Origin: Hormiphora californensis
Taxonomy: Eukaryota > Animalia > Ctenophora
NCBI GenBank assembly: GCA_020137815.1
Contig: CM035360.1
Coordinates: 7,812,001-7,876,000, forward strand
Direction of reading: 5' to 3'
DNA length: 64,000 nucleotides
Positions 1 to 12,582 of this stretch are shown piece by piece (the stretch's first letter is position 1; each line of letters opens with the position of its first letter). The translations under genes were made by a program, and so were the position numbers. The notes under the pieces were generated by a model. It was not told the DNA's origin. It ran no database searches and saw only the letters and a program-made list of their open reading frames with translations.

Positions 1-930
1 AGTATTGAAAATTAATTAATTAATTAGTTATAGGCATGCAAAAATGGACTTTTTTAGGGCCCCCTGCACTTTTTTTGAAAATGTACAGGGGCAAATACCC
101 CTGCACATTTTTTGCAATTTTGATATTCAAACTGTGGCCAAACCGTTTGTTTTTTCGAAATGAAACTTTGTATGCATGTTCTAGTAGTATAACTACGAGT
201 CATAAAAAGGCTGGATTTCTTATTTTTAATTTAACTAATTAATTATAAGTAATTAAAATTTTGCCCCTGCACCATCTTTCCCCTGCACCGCTGATTTCGA
301 CCCCCTGCACATTTCCTGAACAAGGCAACTAAAAATGGTATATTTTCTGTTCTGCTATAAATAACGACCTAACATTTTGTAGTAATGTAGTTCATGCATA
401 TAGAAAGATCGACAAAAAGTGGGAATAGTCAAAATTAATTATCCAATTAATTATAAGCAATTAAAATTTTGCCCCTGCACATTTTGCCCCTGTACATTTG
501 CGGCAAATGTTGCCCCTGCACATTTTCGGTAAATTTGATATTCGAACTGTGGCCACACCGTTTGATATTTCGAAATGAGACTTTGCATGCATGTTCTAGT
601 GGTATAACTACGAGTCATAAAAGAGCCGGATTTCTGATTTTTTAATTAATTAATTAATTATAAGTAATTAAAACTTTTGCCCCTGCACAATTTTGTTTGC
701 CCCTGCACAATTTTTGCAACTTTGATATTCAAACTGTGGCCACACCGTTTGAAATTTCGAAATGAAACTTTGTATGTATGTTCTAGTAGTATAAATACGA
801 GTCATAACGGAGCCGGATTTTTGATTTTCTAATTAATTAATTAATAATAATCAATTAAAACTTTTGCCCCTGCACCAATTTGCGCCTACACAAATTTGAT
901 ATTCAAACTTTGAGCCTTTGTGAAAGTAAT
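1..930. repeat. Degenerate tandem repeat (~190-220 bp unit) rich in GCCCCTGCAC motifs; satellite or TE subterminal array
   Basis: Block TTTGATATTCAAACTGTGGCC...ACGAGTCATAA recurs at ~118, ~534 and ~721, with a partial copy at ~895. GCCCCTGCAC recurs many times. Confidence 0.8.
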
Positions 931-1649
931 GAAAATTATTTATTTCAGGTTATGATGAACAATAAGCTATAAAAATGCCCCTTTTTGTTACACAAGCCTG
1001 TGCTTGGTATCGAAGACACCTCACACTCTGTCGCCGGGCGACCTTTGCACGCGCTGGCAAGGGGTAACTTCGTAACCAAAGCCTGTGCATTGTGCACAAT
1101 GAAATGGATAAATTTCATCCAGTGGCTGGCGGTAGAACTTGAGCACCTCTAAAACAAATAAGAGCATCAACTTAATTAATTATTTATTAACGTGGTGAGA
1201 TAAGAAATTGATTTTGTTCTGCTCCCACTAACTACAAGGGCATTTCACATTTTGGTGCCATTATTTTTGTCTCTATTTTTAATAGGATTTACAATTTTAT
1301 TTTGGTATTAGACTGAATGTATGGGATTAGATCATTTGAGAAGTAGTGAAGATTTGAAATATGTTAGCAACTTGCCGGTTCGACAAACTAAACCCATATG
1401 ATTCCAACTTCGGGTCGGACGAGGGGAAGCTTGCCTTTTGCGAACATAAAAGTTACGTCTCAACGAAAGCCTTGAGTACGTCTGTCGGTAATACGTCTGT
1501 CGCTAATACGTCTGTCGCTAATACGTCTATAATAATGTGCTAATACGTCTATAGTACGTCTCCCGCTAATCAGTATTTGTCCGATAGCCACCCTGTCGAC
1601 AACATTCTGTCTCTAGAAAGAAGCTAAATGGTTCAAAGTACTGGGTCAC

Positions 1650-1714
1650 TTGGCTCCATTGCAACCTATTCTCGCTCCGCGACGTCGATCTCACTCAGGT
1701 ATCAATGTGGCCAA
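1650..1714. mobile_element. 65-bp micro-MITE (TTGG...CCAA) with 9-bp TSD, nested in a piggyBac-like relic
   Basis: TSD CTGGGTCAC at 1641-1649 and 1715-1723. Homologous in reverse orientation to 37968-38060. Flanks (1582-1735) match the ends of the 58059-60635 element. Confidence 0.85.
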
Positions 1715-2646
1715 CTGGGTCACCTGTCTCCAAGAGGTCACTGCGCTGGCAAGCGCAAAGGTGACCATCCCCTCCCCCCAGCCGCGCGTGCCAGAATGCA
1801 GTAATAACTTTTTTCAGTTTTTAGCCAAAAATGGCATTTTTCGACGCCCATAGCGAGGCCCCCACTGCACCAATCAGTCTGAAATTTGGTATACAGTGTC
1901 ACATAGTCTAGATCTACTGTAGTTTAAAAGGGCAAGTCTCTATCTTTTTTAGTTTTAGAGATATGGCATCGTGAAAAAAGCAATAAGTGTCCCGGGTCTA
2001 TGTATCTATCTATCTATGGATAGACGCTATTTTACCAAATTTATAATCGTTTTTGAGAGAAAACGACATAAGATAGACACTTCTCGTTTGTTTAATTCGA
2101 AAGATAATCGTTTGAATTGTGTAGACGAATAGTTTTCATGTTCTAGGTCCAACCAGAACGTCTTAACAAACTGTCATAAAGATAAGACATTTTTCGAACT
2201 AACCAAATTTCTTTGAGCTCAATTTACACCCTGAAGACGGTTTCTGATTGAAAAACGGAGACCACACTTATGAAAGATAATCGTCCAAACTTTCAGAAAC
2301 TATATTGTGAATTTGTGAAACTCTATTTTTAAGGGTCTCAAATCGCGTCTGAAGTGTTAAGACTGTATGAAAAATAGATATGACGATAGTGCGTTTTTCG
2401 CCATGGCGACCTCAAATCTGGTCCAATCGATCTCAAACTTAGTCAGCCTCTTTATCTAGATAAGCCTGATAATTATATTTCCCTATCATAACGTTATAAC
2501 GTCGTGACATCACGCTATGACGTCACAATGACGTCAAAATTGAAATTTTCGTATTTTAGCGATTCCTGACGGTCTTTACACGTTCTGCTACGTCCAGACA
2601 TGTCTTACATCGTATTTCATATCAGAAAATACCAAAAATATACCCC

Positions 2647-2983
2647 AATTATGCCAAAAACTAACAGAAATTAGTTGGCTGGAAAGGTGACCACTTTTGT
2701 TGGCAAACTGACACCTTTGCCCGGCCCGGGTTGTGGATATAATCATCGATGGGGTAAATCAGGGGGTTTGAAAAGAGAGATAGAGAGATAGAGAGATAGA
2801 GAGAGAGCGAGAGAGAGAGATAGAGAGATAGAGAGAGAGCGAGAGAGAGAGAGAGAAAGAGGGAGAGAGAGAGAAAGAGAGGGAAAGATAAAGATGAAAC
2901 CCGGAGAGGGCAAAGGTGTCAGTTTGCCAACAAAAGTGGTCACCTTTCCAGCCAACTAATTTCTGTTAGTTTTTGGCATAATT
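2647..2983. mobile_element. Inverted-repeat (MITE-like) element with ~77-bp arms around a (GA)n core
   Basis: AATTATGCCAAAAACTAACAGAAATTAG...CCTTTGCCC at the left end, with its reverse complement at ~2907-2983. Confidence 0.75.
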
Positions 2984-3109
2984 AATACAAAGCTTACTGT
3001 CAGGAAGAACTAGGCATCTTGTCACTGTCTATGTCATGTTACTGTCATGTTACTGTCACTGTCATGTTACTGTATGTAATGACCCGATGACCGTAGGAAT
3101 CCTGCAGAG

Positions 3110-3169
<60 letters not shown>

Positions 3170-3313
3170 GAGAGAAGAGAGTAGAGAGAGAGATAGGATA
3201 GATACTCGATCTCTATGTCTTCTCGCGCTTCTCGATGCTCTCTCTCTCCTACTAGCTCTCTAGCTCTCTCTCTATCCTCTTCTCTCTCTCTCTCTCTCCT
3301 TCTCCTCTCTCTC

Positions 3314-3348
<35 letters not shown>

Positions 3349-3360
3349 CTCTCTCTCTCT

Positions 3361-3451
<91 letters not shown>

Positions 3452-3817
3452 CCTCTCTCTCCTCTCTCTCTTCTCTCCTCTCTCTCTCTCTATCGCGCTA
3501 GAGCTCAGCGAGATCCCACTATAGCAAGTTAGCAATATCATGTGATTTGAGAGTTGTGCCATTCGATTGTGACAATATATGGTGTGTGCACTGGGCCGTG
3601 ACACTGAGCACACGTTTGTTTAGCCAGTTTAATTTATATTCATTTTGTATATTGCATATTGTCCGATCATAAGCTAACGCAAGCCCTACGGACAGACTGC
3701 GTAGCATGGCAAGGGATGCTGAGGGGATCACCCTGCTCTTTTTTATCAGCGATCCAAACAGCGCTATTGTTTGGGTTCCATTTAAGGGCAGCTATAATTA
3801 GTTACCTAGGTTAAGGT

Positions 3818-5515
3818 GGGGGGGTTCCAACCTATTTTATTGTACGGTTTTGTACGGTTTTGTACGGACCATACATAAAAGTATCCGAAATTCCTGTTTT
3901 TTTCCATACAAACAATACAAAAAAATACAAAAAAATAATGAAGGATGTGGGTGCCTGATAAAAGTATAAATAATACATAGCTGGGTTCCGTTTATGTTCA
4001 TGTACCATCTATTATATATATGAACGTTTTTAGTTCCATTGTCGTCCATTTTCCTGCTAAAATTACATACTAAAAAAGTGTGTAAAAGTACACGTTTTTG
4101 AAATTCTAAAAAAACGAAATCATTGATTCAGATTACCGTTACGATTACGAGAAAAGTTTCTCAGTTGGAGATCACTTTCTCGGTACTAATTTCGATTCCG
4201 GATAATTTTCTCGGTAAAAATTACGATTTGGGGAAATTTTTCGCTTAGAAAATACGATTCGAGAAATTTTTTCGGTAAGAAATTGGGATTCGGGGAAATA
4301 TCTCGCTTAGAAAATACGATTCGAGAAATTTTTTCGGTAAGAAATTGGGATTCGGGGAAATATCTCGCTTAGAAAATACGATTAGAGAAAATTTTCTCGG
4401 TAAGAAATTGCGATTCGGGGAAATTTCTCGCTTAGAAAATACGATTCAAGAAAATTTTCTCGGTAAGAAATTGCGATTCGGGGAAATTTCTCGCTTAGAA
4501 AATACGATTCGAGAAAAATTTTCTCGGTAAGAAATTGCGATTCGGGGAAATTTCTCGCTTAGAAAATACGATTCGAGAAAAATTTTCTCGGTAAGAAATT
4601 GCGATTCGGGGAAATTTCTCGCTTAGAAAATACGATTCAAGAAAATTTTCTCGGTAAGAAATTGCGATTCGGGGAAATTTCTCGCTTAGAAAATACGATT
4701 CGAGAAAAATTTTCTCGGTAAGAAATTGCGATTCGGGGAAATTTCTCGCTTAGAAAATGCGATTCGAGAAAAATTTTCTCGGTAACAAATTTCGATTCGA
4801 GGAAATTTCTCGCTTAGAAAATACGTTTCGAGAAAATTTTCTCGGTAAGAAATTGCGATTCGGGGAAATTTCTCGCTTAGAAAATACGATTCGAAAAAAT
4901 TTCTCGGTAAGAAATTGCGATTCGGGAAAATTTCTCTCGCTTAGAAATTGCGATTCGATAATACTTTCTTGGATAGAAAGTTCGATTTGGAAAGATTTTC
5001 TCTCTTAGAAATTCCAATTTTTCGTACAAACAGTACAAAAAAAGCACAACAAATTATGGAGGTGGGTGCCTAGTAAAAGTTCATGGACGGGTTCCTTTTG
5101 TCCTAATGTACCACCTAGGAACGTTTGTCGTGTAATTATTATCTTTCATTCGAAATTCGAAAAAGTAAACATCATTGATTCAGATTTCGAAAATTTTGAA
5201 TAGAATATTTCCTTTTGTTTTGATAAAGAACAATTAAAACATGATTAAAACATGTTTTTTATCTTCCAATTATAAGAAAAAGTTGCTAATTTTGTATGAA
5301 ACCACAGTTTAATCAGGAATTTATGACACAATTATGATCATAAACTAAAGTTTCAACGATCAGAAAAGCTTTGTTTAATCGTTTATACCCCGTTTTATTT
5401 TTTTGTATTTTTTTGTATTTTTTTGTACTTTTTTGTATTTTTTTGTATTTTTTTGTTTGAGGAAACCCGTGTTTTTTTCCGTACAAACGTACAACAAATA
5501 GGTTGGAACCCCCCC
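3818..5515. mobile_element. Non-autonomous TIR element carrying an internal ~60-bp satellite
   Basis: TIRs GGGGGGTTCCAACCTATTT / AAATAGGTTGGAACCCCCC, each near a TTAA. Internal direct repeats at ~3925-4135 and ~5030-5190. Confidence 0.7.
4140..5010. repeat. Tandem minisatellite, ~60-61 bp unit built from two ~30-bp subunits
   Basis: TTCGAGAAAAATTTTCTCGGTAAGAAATTGCGATTCGGGGAAATTTCTCGCTTAGAAAATACGA repeated more than 10 times. Confidence 0.95.
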
Positions 5516-5604
5516 GTTAAGGTACGTTGACGTCAGTACAGTCGCTGTAGTCTACAGTGACTGTACTGGGGCCGACTGTACTACAGTGCAGTATATCAGT
5601 ATAT

Positions 5605-5713
5605 ACAGTCGGACCTTGATTTATCAGAATGCTCGGGGGAGAATCGGGAAGTTCATCCTCCCGGTAAACCAGGGTTCCGGTAAATCGGGATCCGGTAAAT
5701 CGGGATCCGACTG
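5605..5713. mobile_element. Tc1/mariner-pogo-type MITE with TA TSD
   Basis: TA|CAGTCGGACC...GGATCCGACTG|TA. Related sequence at ~15032, ~56657-56743 and ~61865. Confidence 0.7.
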
Positions 5714-6556
5714 TATACAACGAATACATAATTTGGGTCTTGTTCGAACGCCGGGCTGGGCGTTATATCATGACATCAAAGACATATATTATTATTTTTC
5801 CGTGTCTAATATTATTTCAATTCCATAGCTCAGTAGTCTGTGAGTAATTCGATAGGGGAGCTATGATAAAACTCTCTGTCATTGTCACACACGATGCTGA
5901 GAGTAATGATTTGCCGATTTATCATTTGTTTATATAGTTCTAATCCATTGCTCGCCCAATATTCAAATATTCACCCCTTTTCGCATTATGTACTATGTAC
6001 ATAATAAGATAATTTACAAACAAAATTAATAACAATAACTTTATATCTACTTAAAGTAGCTCAGGTTGGTACAGCAGTGTTGTGATGTTTGGTTTCAAAA
6101 GATCAGGTAAAATACCCCAGCGAGCTGTGCATTGTGTATCAAACACTGTATAACCATGTTGCAACAAGCAGGGTGATTAGTATACTCCCCAATATTTAAA
6201 AAAAAACTTCGTGTGATGCTATCACTGATAGGAATTACACTCACGCAATTATAGTATCGAATACATCCACCTAAGGAACGAAAATAAGGAACTTTCCTTA
6301 TTGGAAAAAATCTTCCTAAACGCCCAAGTTCATGACAGCCAAGGGGCCTTAATTAGATTAAAGTGTTCCTTAACTCATTTATGAGGAATCTTCCTAAACA
6401 GCGTTCATGAAGGACCCCCTGAGCGATAAATAGTTGGTGGTGGTGGCTTTCACTCTGCGTAGGCTCACAATATAAATAGAGATGTTTATTTTTCCATTTT
6501 ACACTCCCACACTCACACACACACACACTCTTTGTCTTCCACCCTTATTGCGAGTT

Positions 6557-8099
6557 ATGCCATACTTACAGCGTAAAAATGCTAAGAAACCCCCTCAAAA
6601 GGGCGGCATGTTTTTCATACTGAAGCCTCCCCCAGATCCTTCACCCCTGCTGCACGCCACTAACAACGGTAATGTGTACCAAATAACCTAGTTTTGATAT
6701 AATCGTATGGAGTCTGTTTTACACTTACAGCGCCTACCCGATCAAAACGTTGTCTGGACCCCCCCCATAGCCTTGAAAATGTACCAGCATATTTTCCAAT
6801 GCAATATAGCACACTAGGATTACACTATTGCTGCTAGGAACAGAAGACATGTATTTGTAATGAGGTGGCATGGTCCCTGGTTACACCACTACTCATATTT
6901 CATTTCTCTTTTTTTACCATGTCACATCATCGCGGAATTGTTAGTCGTACACTCTCAGGTGTGTCTTGTTTTGTAGCGTCGGATACATGATCTGATCACT
7001 CTGCATTTGCTTGTGCATTAGGATAGGTATCAAATCTCTTTTCTCAATCTCTCGCTCACTCGCTCCCCCTCTATCTCGCTCCCTCTCTCGTTCTATGTCC
7101 TATTTGTGATTTTGAACGCATTGATTTGCAGGCGAATTGTTTGGAAAAAAGGCAAGCAAGAGTACAAGGAAGAAGAGTTCAATCCCAGCCATTGATCCAG
7201 ATAATCCGTATGAGGTAGTCCTGAGACAGGCCTTTGAACTGTTTGATCAGGATGGTAACGGTAAGTGGGGGATCCATATGAGGTAGTCCTGAGACAGGCC
7301 TTTGAACTGTTTGATCAGGATGGTAACGGTAAGTGGGGGATCCATATGAGGTAGCCCTGAGACAGGCCTTTGAACTGTTTGATCAGGATGGTAACGGTAA
7401 GTGGGGGATCCATATGAGGTAGTCCTGAGACAGGCCTTTGAACTGTTTGATCAGGATGGTAACGGTAAGTGGGGGATCCATATGAGGTAGTCCTGAGACA
7501 GGCCTTTGAACGTTATCATGTTCCACAGGGACAATTACGATAGAGGAGGTGAGGATCGCCCTAAAAACACTTGGTCAGGATGTGTCTGATGAAGAAGTGG
7601 CTGAGTTGATGGGTGATGTAAGTATTATGGGATAATACGGCTCAACGTCTCTATATTAACCACACTATACTAGGTAGACAAGGACGGTGACAACTGTATT
7701 GGATATGACGAGTTCAAGCAGATGATAAATAAGTTGGATGAAGCAGAGAACAATCTGTATAACGCCTATATTGAGGAAACATTTAGGGTAATATATTGAG
7801 TCAATTGGTTCCCATTACCATGTATGCCTCCTGTGTATTTGATAGAAAATTACTGGTGACGTTTCCATGGTTATTACTAGTAATACTAGTTTGAGAGCTT
7901 ATAATGCTATTTGACGGGGCTCTATAACAAGCTCTCATCATGATCAGTAAATGGGATGTTAGGTCTTGTTCAGCACACATGTACATGCTATGACACTCTC
8001 TCTCTCCAGGTATTTGATGTGGACAATGATAAGTTGATAACTCCTAAAGACCTCAAACACACACTTTGCAAACTTGGTCTACAGTGCTCAACTGACTGA
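6557..8099 (+). CDS. Calmodulin-like EF-hand protein. Exons 6557-6668 (tentative), 7132-7260, 7529-7617, 7674-7787, 8010-8099/8100; possible last exon 8205-8432
   Basis: Spliced translation LRQAFELFDQDGNGTITIEEVRIALKTLGQDVSDEEVAELMGDVDKDGDNCIGYDEFKQM...IEETFRVFDVDNDKLITPKDLKHTLCKLG gives three EF-hands in calmodulin spacing. GT-AG junctions have compatible phases. First exon and 3' end are uncertain. Confidence 0.85.
7204..7511 (+). repeat. 68-bp tandem repeat (~4.5 copies) spanning the exon end and 5' splice site
   Basis: Unit GTAAGTGGGGGATCCATATGAGGTAGTCCTGAGACAGGCCTTTGAACTGTTTGATCAGGATGGTAACG, with donors at 7261, 7329, 7397 and 7465. Confidence 0.95.
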
Positions 8100-8869
8100 G
8101 GTAAGATAATACTCCTAACTACAAACTGTTAATAAAGTGCTACTATTAATCCTGGTCTATACAGTCAGACAACAGAGCCAAGGTAATGTGCCTGCCCCCA
8201 CTAGGTGTGTGACACGATTCGGGACTCACTAAAAGATGTGAAAGGGCACATGCAGCGTGCTGCAAGGGAGAACATGCCTGCCCTTGCTGAGGAAGGAGAG
8301 AGAACGATAGAGCGCAGGCCAGTCTCTAGAGCATCGCATGTACCCTCTGAGGAGAAAGAGCCGGCTATTATACTGGGTGTTGGAATGGAAGAACTGAAAA
8401 TAATAGCTAAAGGGTGGCCCCGACCCATTTAAAACATTCTATAATACTTTGATCTTGAACTCTTTTAAATGTATATATGTCGTTGTAGTGCGTGAGTGTG
8501 ACTAAGTTTTAGTTTTGATGGAATTGGAACATTTGTTCGCATATTTTAATGGTAATTTTGTAAATGTAATAGCTTGTACTTAAGTTGTAGGCAGAATCAG
8601 ATGACATATATACATATTGATGTAAGTTTGGGTATTATATGACTAATGAGTTCAAATGTTCTGAGTTTTACTTGGTTTTAACGCTAAGTGTATAACATGG
8701 TGAAAAATAACTTCAGAGTTCAGACCATCTCGGCCCCACTAGTAATCAAATTGTTAACAGTGTTGTCCGTATTAGTTTTACGTGGTGGCTTTTCCTCGAT
8801 ACCTGGATGGGTTATTGTGTGTACTGTGTGACGTGGGTTAGGGCGGCTACTTCCCCTTTACACCATGAG

Positions 8870-9872
<1,003 letters not shown>

Positions 9873-10411
9873 CTCTTTGTGGGAGTATTGTGTTTCACAC
9901 GATGCCACATGGCACACTCTATATCGTGAAGATACTGCCTGCTACTGACAACTCGAACTCCTCGCAGACGAATTTTGCTTTAAATATTTTATCGACCTTA
10001 TTTATTCACCTTATTCAGACCAATCACATTTCCCTTCCCAGTATTCCCCTATATTCAATTCCTGTCTTCCAATTTCTAGTTTGTTTAGATAGTGTAATGC
10101 TAAACTGGGTTTCCTTTACAATAATAATATCCTTTACAATAATAATACCCTTTACAATAATAATACCATGCTGATTGATGGCTCTAGGACTCCTTTACAG
10201 AAACCTTTCCTATCTTGATTTATGATCAGCGTATATTATTTCAGGATCTTTCTCTTTGTGAATTATGGATATTTATCTTCTCTCCTTAGTTTCCTTATTC
10301 TCGTACCCCTCGTCTTGTTTACACAGCCCCAATGGACCCCCTTTCTATCTAGTCCTCACCCCCAGCTCTGTTCAATGTTTGTCTAACCTAAAATGAATTT
10401 TTAGAGGTGCT

Positions 10412-11314
10412 ATGCTAACTTTCTCCCTCCTTCTGGAGTTCCTTCTACAGCCCTTTACCAGATCATACACCATTCTGAAGGACATTGGATCTGGTAGTTT
10501 CGGAACAGTTTTGTTAACAAGGCACAAGGAGAGCTCTCGTTTTTATGCGGCCAAGTTTATCAAGCACCGCAAGATAAAAGAGTGGGCAGGATCAGTTCCC
10601 TTAGAGGTTCACATTCTCTCCCGGCTGCAACACAACAACGTGGTGGGATATGCAGGGTGTTGTAAACTTCCCCAGCACTGGGTTCTAATAATGGACTATC
10701 TTGAGCAGTGTATCGACCTCGGCCATTACATACGATTAAGAGGCGGGCCACTCCCTGAGCCCCTGGCCAGACTGATTTTAGTACAGACCCACGATGCACT
10801 GGGGTACTGTTTATCAAGGGGAGTTGATCACAGAGACGTGAAATGCCAGAACATTCTGATTGACACATCTACACTGCAAATCAGACTAATAGACTTTGGG
10901 CTTGCTTCATTGTGCGATAAGAACACTGTCTACACAGAGGTCAGAGGCACAGGGTTATATCTCCCACCAGAAGCGCTGGTTCAACAACGATACACACCTT
11001 TGGAGGCCCTTTCATGGGCTGTTGGATGTCTCTTGTTTTGTATGTCAACTGCCAGAAACCCATTCAATTCTAAAAAGGACGTTGTGTTTGGGGAATTATT
11101 ATTACCGCATCAACTTTCTCCCAACTGCAAGAACCTGCTAAATGGGTTACTAGAGAAGGTCAGACACAAGCGGGTGCAATTTGAAACTATTATGTGGCAC
11201 CCATGGTTTCAAGAAGTTTTCAGTTCAGACAGGTCTCCAGACTCCTCTTGTATACCAGCACACCACTTTGGTTGGACACAAAATATACAGCGGCCACACT
11301 CAATACAGACTTAG
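10412..11314 (+). CDS. PIM-like (CAMK group) Ser/Thr protein kinase, with the catalytic domain in one exon
   Basis: GSGSFG loop, AAK Lys, VPLEV alphaC, HRDVKCQN, IDFG and YTEVRGT..YLPPE. Subdomain IX lacks the canonical Asp (EALSWAVG), as in PIM kinases. The true start may be upstream (acceptor CTACAG at 10450). Confidence 0.85.
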   Translation: MLTFSLLLEFLLQPFTRSYTILKDIGSGSFGTVLLTRHKESSRFYAAKFIKHRKIKEWAGSVPLEVHILSRLQHNNVVGYAGCCKLPQHWVLIMDYLEQCIDLGHYIRLRGGPLPEPLARLILVQTHDALGYCLSRGVDHRDVKCQNILIDTSTLQIRLIDFGLASLCDKNTVYTEVRGTGLYLPPEALVQQRYTPLEALSWAVGCLLFCMSTARNPFNSKKDVVFGELLLPHQLSPNCKNLLNGLLEKVRHKRVQFETIMWHPWFQEVFSSDRSPDSSCIPAHHFGWTQNIQRPHSIQT

Positions 11315-11580
11315 TGATCAATGTTCTTATGTGACGTAAATATTGCAATTTTGTACTGCCTCATCCCAATTTCAATAATTCTTCACAACCCCAAAAATAG
11401 AAACGTCTTTTATTTTGCTTTTATTAGTTGAACGGCGCCACAAAAATTGCATGAATTAAGTCCAACATTTTCAAAACAGGTTCAAAGTTGGTATATTTTA
11501 ATTGACAGCTAGCATATTTGTAGATTAGCAGTTAAGTAGCTAGCATATATATATTTATTTATAGATTAGCGTGACAGCTG

Positions 11581-12582
11581 TAGTAAGGTGATTGAACTAA
11601 AATTTTAGCCCCAACCAGAAAAAAATTTGTGACAAAGGATTTCCACCTGAAACGTAGTCCTAAGGGTCCCCTCTAACGATCCCAACCAATGCTCAAATTG
11701 AGCAGAGGGTGCAAAGGCCTCATTTCCGGGTGGGCGTGGTACCTGTGTTTTCAGCCTGAGGCCAAAACCATAAGTACCCTTAAAATAGGAGTAGAGAAAA
11801 AATCGAGGGCACTAGAGTGATCAGCGTCCTCGAATTAGTGGGGGTAGGTGATGGAATTAAGTCTCTATCTCATCTGGTTAATTAGATAATTGGATAATTA
11901 GGTTTGCGCATAACCGTTTTTTGGCTATATGGCTATAGCCACTTAGGAATGGTTTAGAGACTTTTCATTAGTGCCATTTTGTAGGAAAAGAGAAGTTATG
12001 GGGGGTCGACGTCGGACTTTTACGCTCTATCTTCAACCGTTTAGCCGTTATTTGGCTTTTATGATGCTCCAAATGAGCAAAATACGGTAAAAAGGCCGTT
12101 TTTGAACACCGTTAAAGCCAAATAACGGCTAAACGGTTGAAGATAGAGCTAAAAAGTCCGACGACGACCCCCCATAACTTCTCTTTGCCTACAAAATGGC
12201 ACCAACGAAAAGTCTCTAAACCATTCCTAAGTGGCTATAGCCATATAGCCAAAAAACGGTTATGCGCAAACCTAATTATCCAATTATCTAATTAACCAGA
12301 TGAGATAGAGACTTAATTTTAGCACCTACCCCCACTAATTCGAGGACGCTGATCATTTTAGTGCCCTCGATTTTTTCTCTACTCCTATTTTAAGGGTACT
12401 TATGGTTTTGGCCTCAGGCTGAAAACATAGGTACCACGCCCACCCGGAAATGAGGCCTTTGCACCCTCTGCTCAATTTGAGCATTGGTTGGGATCGTTAG
12501 AGGGGAACCTTAGGAGTACGTTTGAGGTGGAAATCCTTTGTCACAATTTTTTTTCTGGTTCTCCTGGCTTATCACCTTACTA
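11581..12582. mobile_element. ~1-kb foldback element, Academ-like (TAG termini, 3-bp TSD)
   Basis: CTG|TAGTAAGGTGAT ... ATCACCTTACTA|CTG, with ~480-bp near-perfect arms centred near 12085. A fragment of the same family lies at ~44445-44548. Confidence 0.75.

Noticed and set aside
3036-3613. ORFs with poly-(SL)/(RE) tracts (also 8807, 9282, 9657, 33732, 46707, 50967)
   Set aside because: Translations of GA/CT microsatellites, not genes.
4140-5010. CRISPR-like regular palindromic array and repetitive ORFs
   Set aside because: Units are contiguous with no unique spacers and no cas genes, in a eukaryotic context; it is a minisatellite.
8097-8099. Selenocysteine or stop readthrough in the EF-hand gene
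   Set aside because: Reading through leaves phase 1, which does not join the open downstream exon. The position aligns with Glu, not Cys, and no SECIS was recognised.
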